A program made the translations under genes and the position numbers. A stretch of DNA of 9,643 nucleotides from Octopus sinensis (lineage: Eukaryota). The stretch is taken from the NCBI RefSeq assembly GCF_006345805.1, contig NW_021827882.1, forward strand, positions 1-9,643. Reading direction: 5' to 3'. Of this stretch, positions 8,066 to 9,643 are shown piece after piece. Each line of letters begins with the position of its first letter. The stretch's first letter is position 1. The notes under the pieces were generated by a model that saw only the letters and a program-made list of their open reading frames with translations, did no database searches and was not told where the DNA came from.

Positions 8066-8279
8066 GGACAACGAGAAACTTGGCTGATGACGGTCGAGAC
8101 TGATCTGGAACCCAGTCTAGGCCCCCATATCTACGGCGTTCGCCGCTGGAATAAGGAGTGGTTGGACATCACGCAGTCGTTAGCCTCAAATCGCCAGGTC
8201 TGGTCGGCGTTTGTGAGAGATGCAGCACTAAGGATGAATGAAACCAGCTCAACCCGACCCGGGTGAATGCTGTCTCAAG
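8066..8279 (+). mobile_element. 5'-truncated RTE-clade LINE fragment (ORF C-terminus and short 3' end), nested in the maT element
   Basis: Stop-free frame 8066-8266: GQRETWLMTVETDLEPSLGPHIYGVRRWNKEWLDITQSLASNRQVWSAFVRDAALRMNETSSTRPG*. It shows the RTE C-terminal pattern GQ.KTW...W...A..R..W and is followed by TGAATGCTGTCTCAAG. Orientation is opposite to the host transposase. Confidence 0.88.
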
Positions 8280-8294
8280 GCATGAAGAAATAGA

Positions 8295-8975
8295 CTATGG
8301 CTGAGAGATAACAGTTTGCTCAAAGTAGCCGTCTTCAGCTTCCACTGCAGCCTCAAAACGGTTCCGAAACCTAGCGCTTGTGTATCTCATTGTGTGTGCT
8401 TGGGAAAATCTTCGAAAATCTTGATCTTGGTCACCAGCCCTGCTTTCTTGTTGTTAGCAGAGTGGTAGGTGTCTTCCTCCAAAACCCACGTAGTAATCCG
8501 TTGGATTGTTGCTGGACAATCGGGGCAATTAGGAGACCAGAATTTGGAGCTGGTGAAGTCGTAGAAATTCTCCAACCGGAGATTTCACAAGGAACCGAAT
8601 CCTTTTGCCACACATACAGCTTTCCAGTAGCAAACCTTTCCAACCAGGGATTGATAAAGTCTTCATCAGCTTCACATAGCCATCTGAATTAAGTTTAATG
8701 CCCAGTTCAAAGATGTTGGGATGAATTCTGGCATGCGGATGCAGTCAAAACGCATGCTATGTCTTCCTGCTGGGCAGAACATCGCTGCCTCTGCTGTAGT
8801 TTCCCGTATCACGTTTTATAGTCTTCACAGTGTCACGTGTCACATTTTATAGCCGTCATAGTGTTCGCAGTGTATTGCGCAACAGTCAAGCTGTTCCGGC
8901 ATTTTGATACACGGTACAAATCATCATGGTGAAAGCAAATCTTTTTCACTATTCAGATGTCTTCGATGCCTTCAT
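8295..8975 (-). pseudogene. Decayed maT-like transposase
   Basis: ATG at 8975. Fragments across frameshifts and stops: SRKT.SMRFDCIRMPEFI | PNIFELGIKLNSDGYVKL / INPWLERFATGKLYVWQKDSVPC / ENFYDFTSSKFWSPNCPDC / NPTDYYV / ARFRNRFEAAVEAEDGYFE, with TAG at 8297-8295. Corresponds to the QQDSAP and WPPNSPDCNPLDY catalytic-core motifs. Confidence 0.88.
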
Positions 8976-9212
8976 GTCAGTTGAATTTTTCTCAACAAAA
9001 ACTTAAACATTAAGGCTCTCCACCGTCGTTGAATATTCACCAATACATCCTGAAACAAAAGGACATACAAATTATCAAATTTAGCCCGATCACCCTGTAT
9101 ATGTATATAAACAGTGTTCGGAATCATGACCCCAGCCCTTGGACTAAAACTTAAAAGAAATATATATATATGAAATATAATACAATATAATATAATATAA
9201 ATATAAAATAAT

Positions 9213-9345
9213 ATGAACTCAACACGTTTTTCCTTCCATTCTCTCTCAGTATATTTCCTCTTATTCCTTTCTGTCGAAGGGCGTAGGCACGAAACGTAAA
9301 AGACTTTGCCATTTTTCCTGAGCGTCAAATACACGTGCCTTCAAC
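9213..9345 (+). mobile_element. Penelope-like element terminal-repeat fragment
   Basis: A pyrimidine-rich leader followed by CTTTCTGTCGAAGGGCGTAGGCACGAAACGTAAAAG, the layout of the minimal hammerhead found in Penelope-like terminal repeats (CTGANGAAG...CGAAACGT). Boundaries are approximate. Confidence 0.6.
9267..9302 (+). ncRNA. Minimal type I hammerhead ribozyme-like motif, degenerate
   Basis: Stem I CTTT (9267-9270)/AAAG (9299-9302); core CTGTCGA (9271-9277); stem II GGGC/GCAC with loop GTAG and one G-A mismatch; GAAA (9291-9294); palindromic ACGT stem III; putative GUA cleavage triplet ending at 9298. Confidence 0.6.
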
Positions 9346-9380
9346 TTTGATATCTATAAAACTGAACTTTATACACACAA

Positions 9381-9586
9381 TCTTTTATTCTTTTGCTTGT
9401 TTCAGTCATTTGACTACTGCTGCCATGCTGGAGCAACGCCTTAAAGGGCTTTAGTCGAGGAAATTAATCCCTGGACTTATTCTTTGTATATCGATCTCTT
9501 TTGTCAATCCTCTAAGTTACGGAGACGTAAACACAACCAGCATCGGTTGTCAAGCGATGGGGAACGGTACAAACACACACACTCAG

Positions 9587-9612
<26 letters not shown>
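9381..9612 (-). mobile_element. SINE family A, 3' half only, ending in the internal microsatellite
   Basis: TTGTTTCAGTCATTTGACT...CCATGCTGGAGC...CAGCATCGGTTGTCAAGCGATG matches the family A tail. After (TA)n at 9587-9612 the head sequence does not resume within the window. Confidence 0.88.
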
Positions 9613-9618
<6 letters not shown>

Positions 9619-9643
9619 AATCCAAACGGGAAAACAGAAAAAA

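Larger units (their letters stand above)
7938..9097 (-). mobile_element. Tc1/mariner-superfamily transposon, maT (DD37D)-like, both TIRs present, internally deleted
   Basis: 30-bp TIRs at 7938-7967 (CCGGGTGTCCGGGCTAAATTTGACAGTTTG) and 9068-9097 (reverse complement CAGGGTGATCGGGCTAAATTTGATAATTTG), 25/30 identical, with TA on both sides (7936-7937, 9098-9099). A decayed transposase lies inside. DD37D spacing cannot be counted because of indels; the subfamily call rests on motif similarity. Confidence 0.9.

Noticed and set aside
8084-8110. CTGATGA hammerhead core matches at 8084 (+) and ~8663-8669 (-)
   Set aside because: Neither has a stem II followed by GAAA with stems I and III; both lie in TE coding remnants.
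8972-9334. Longest ORF (120 aa, minus strand)
   Set aside because: It crosses a Penelope-like fragment, an AT-rich repeat and the maT TIR/5' UTR, so it is a composite of unrelated elements.
1-9643. CRISPR array, prokaryotic operon or defence system
   Set aside because: No regularly spaced repeat-spacer array and no gene-dense coding structure; all recognisable content is eukaryotic repeat DNA.

Overview
AT-rich, microsatellite-dense eukaryotic non-coding DNA, intergenic or intronic. The repeat families look like those of Octopus; this is recognition from memory, not a database result. No intact protein-coding gene is supported: the listed ORFs are microsatellite or SINE read-throughs, or pieces of decayed transposase. 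The window holds three tRNA-derived SINE families (at least 7 substantial copies), a TIR-bounded maT/Tc1-mariner element with a nested RTE LINE 3' end, a second mariner remnant, and a short Penelope-like fragment with a minimal hammerhead-like motif. The most notable observations are: (1) a perfect 68-bp-arm hairpin at 3901-4049; (2) a chimeric SINE-into-SINE structure with a ~218-bp near-identical duplication and locally templated junction filler at 5289-6447; (3) a hammerhead-like core with a non-canonical A6U change at 9267-9302; (4) a stem-loop module shared between two SINE families. None of these is by itself evidence of a new biological system; all need genome-wide or read-level checks.
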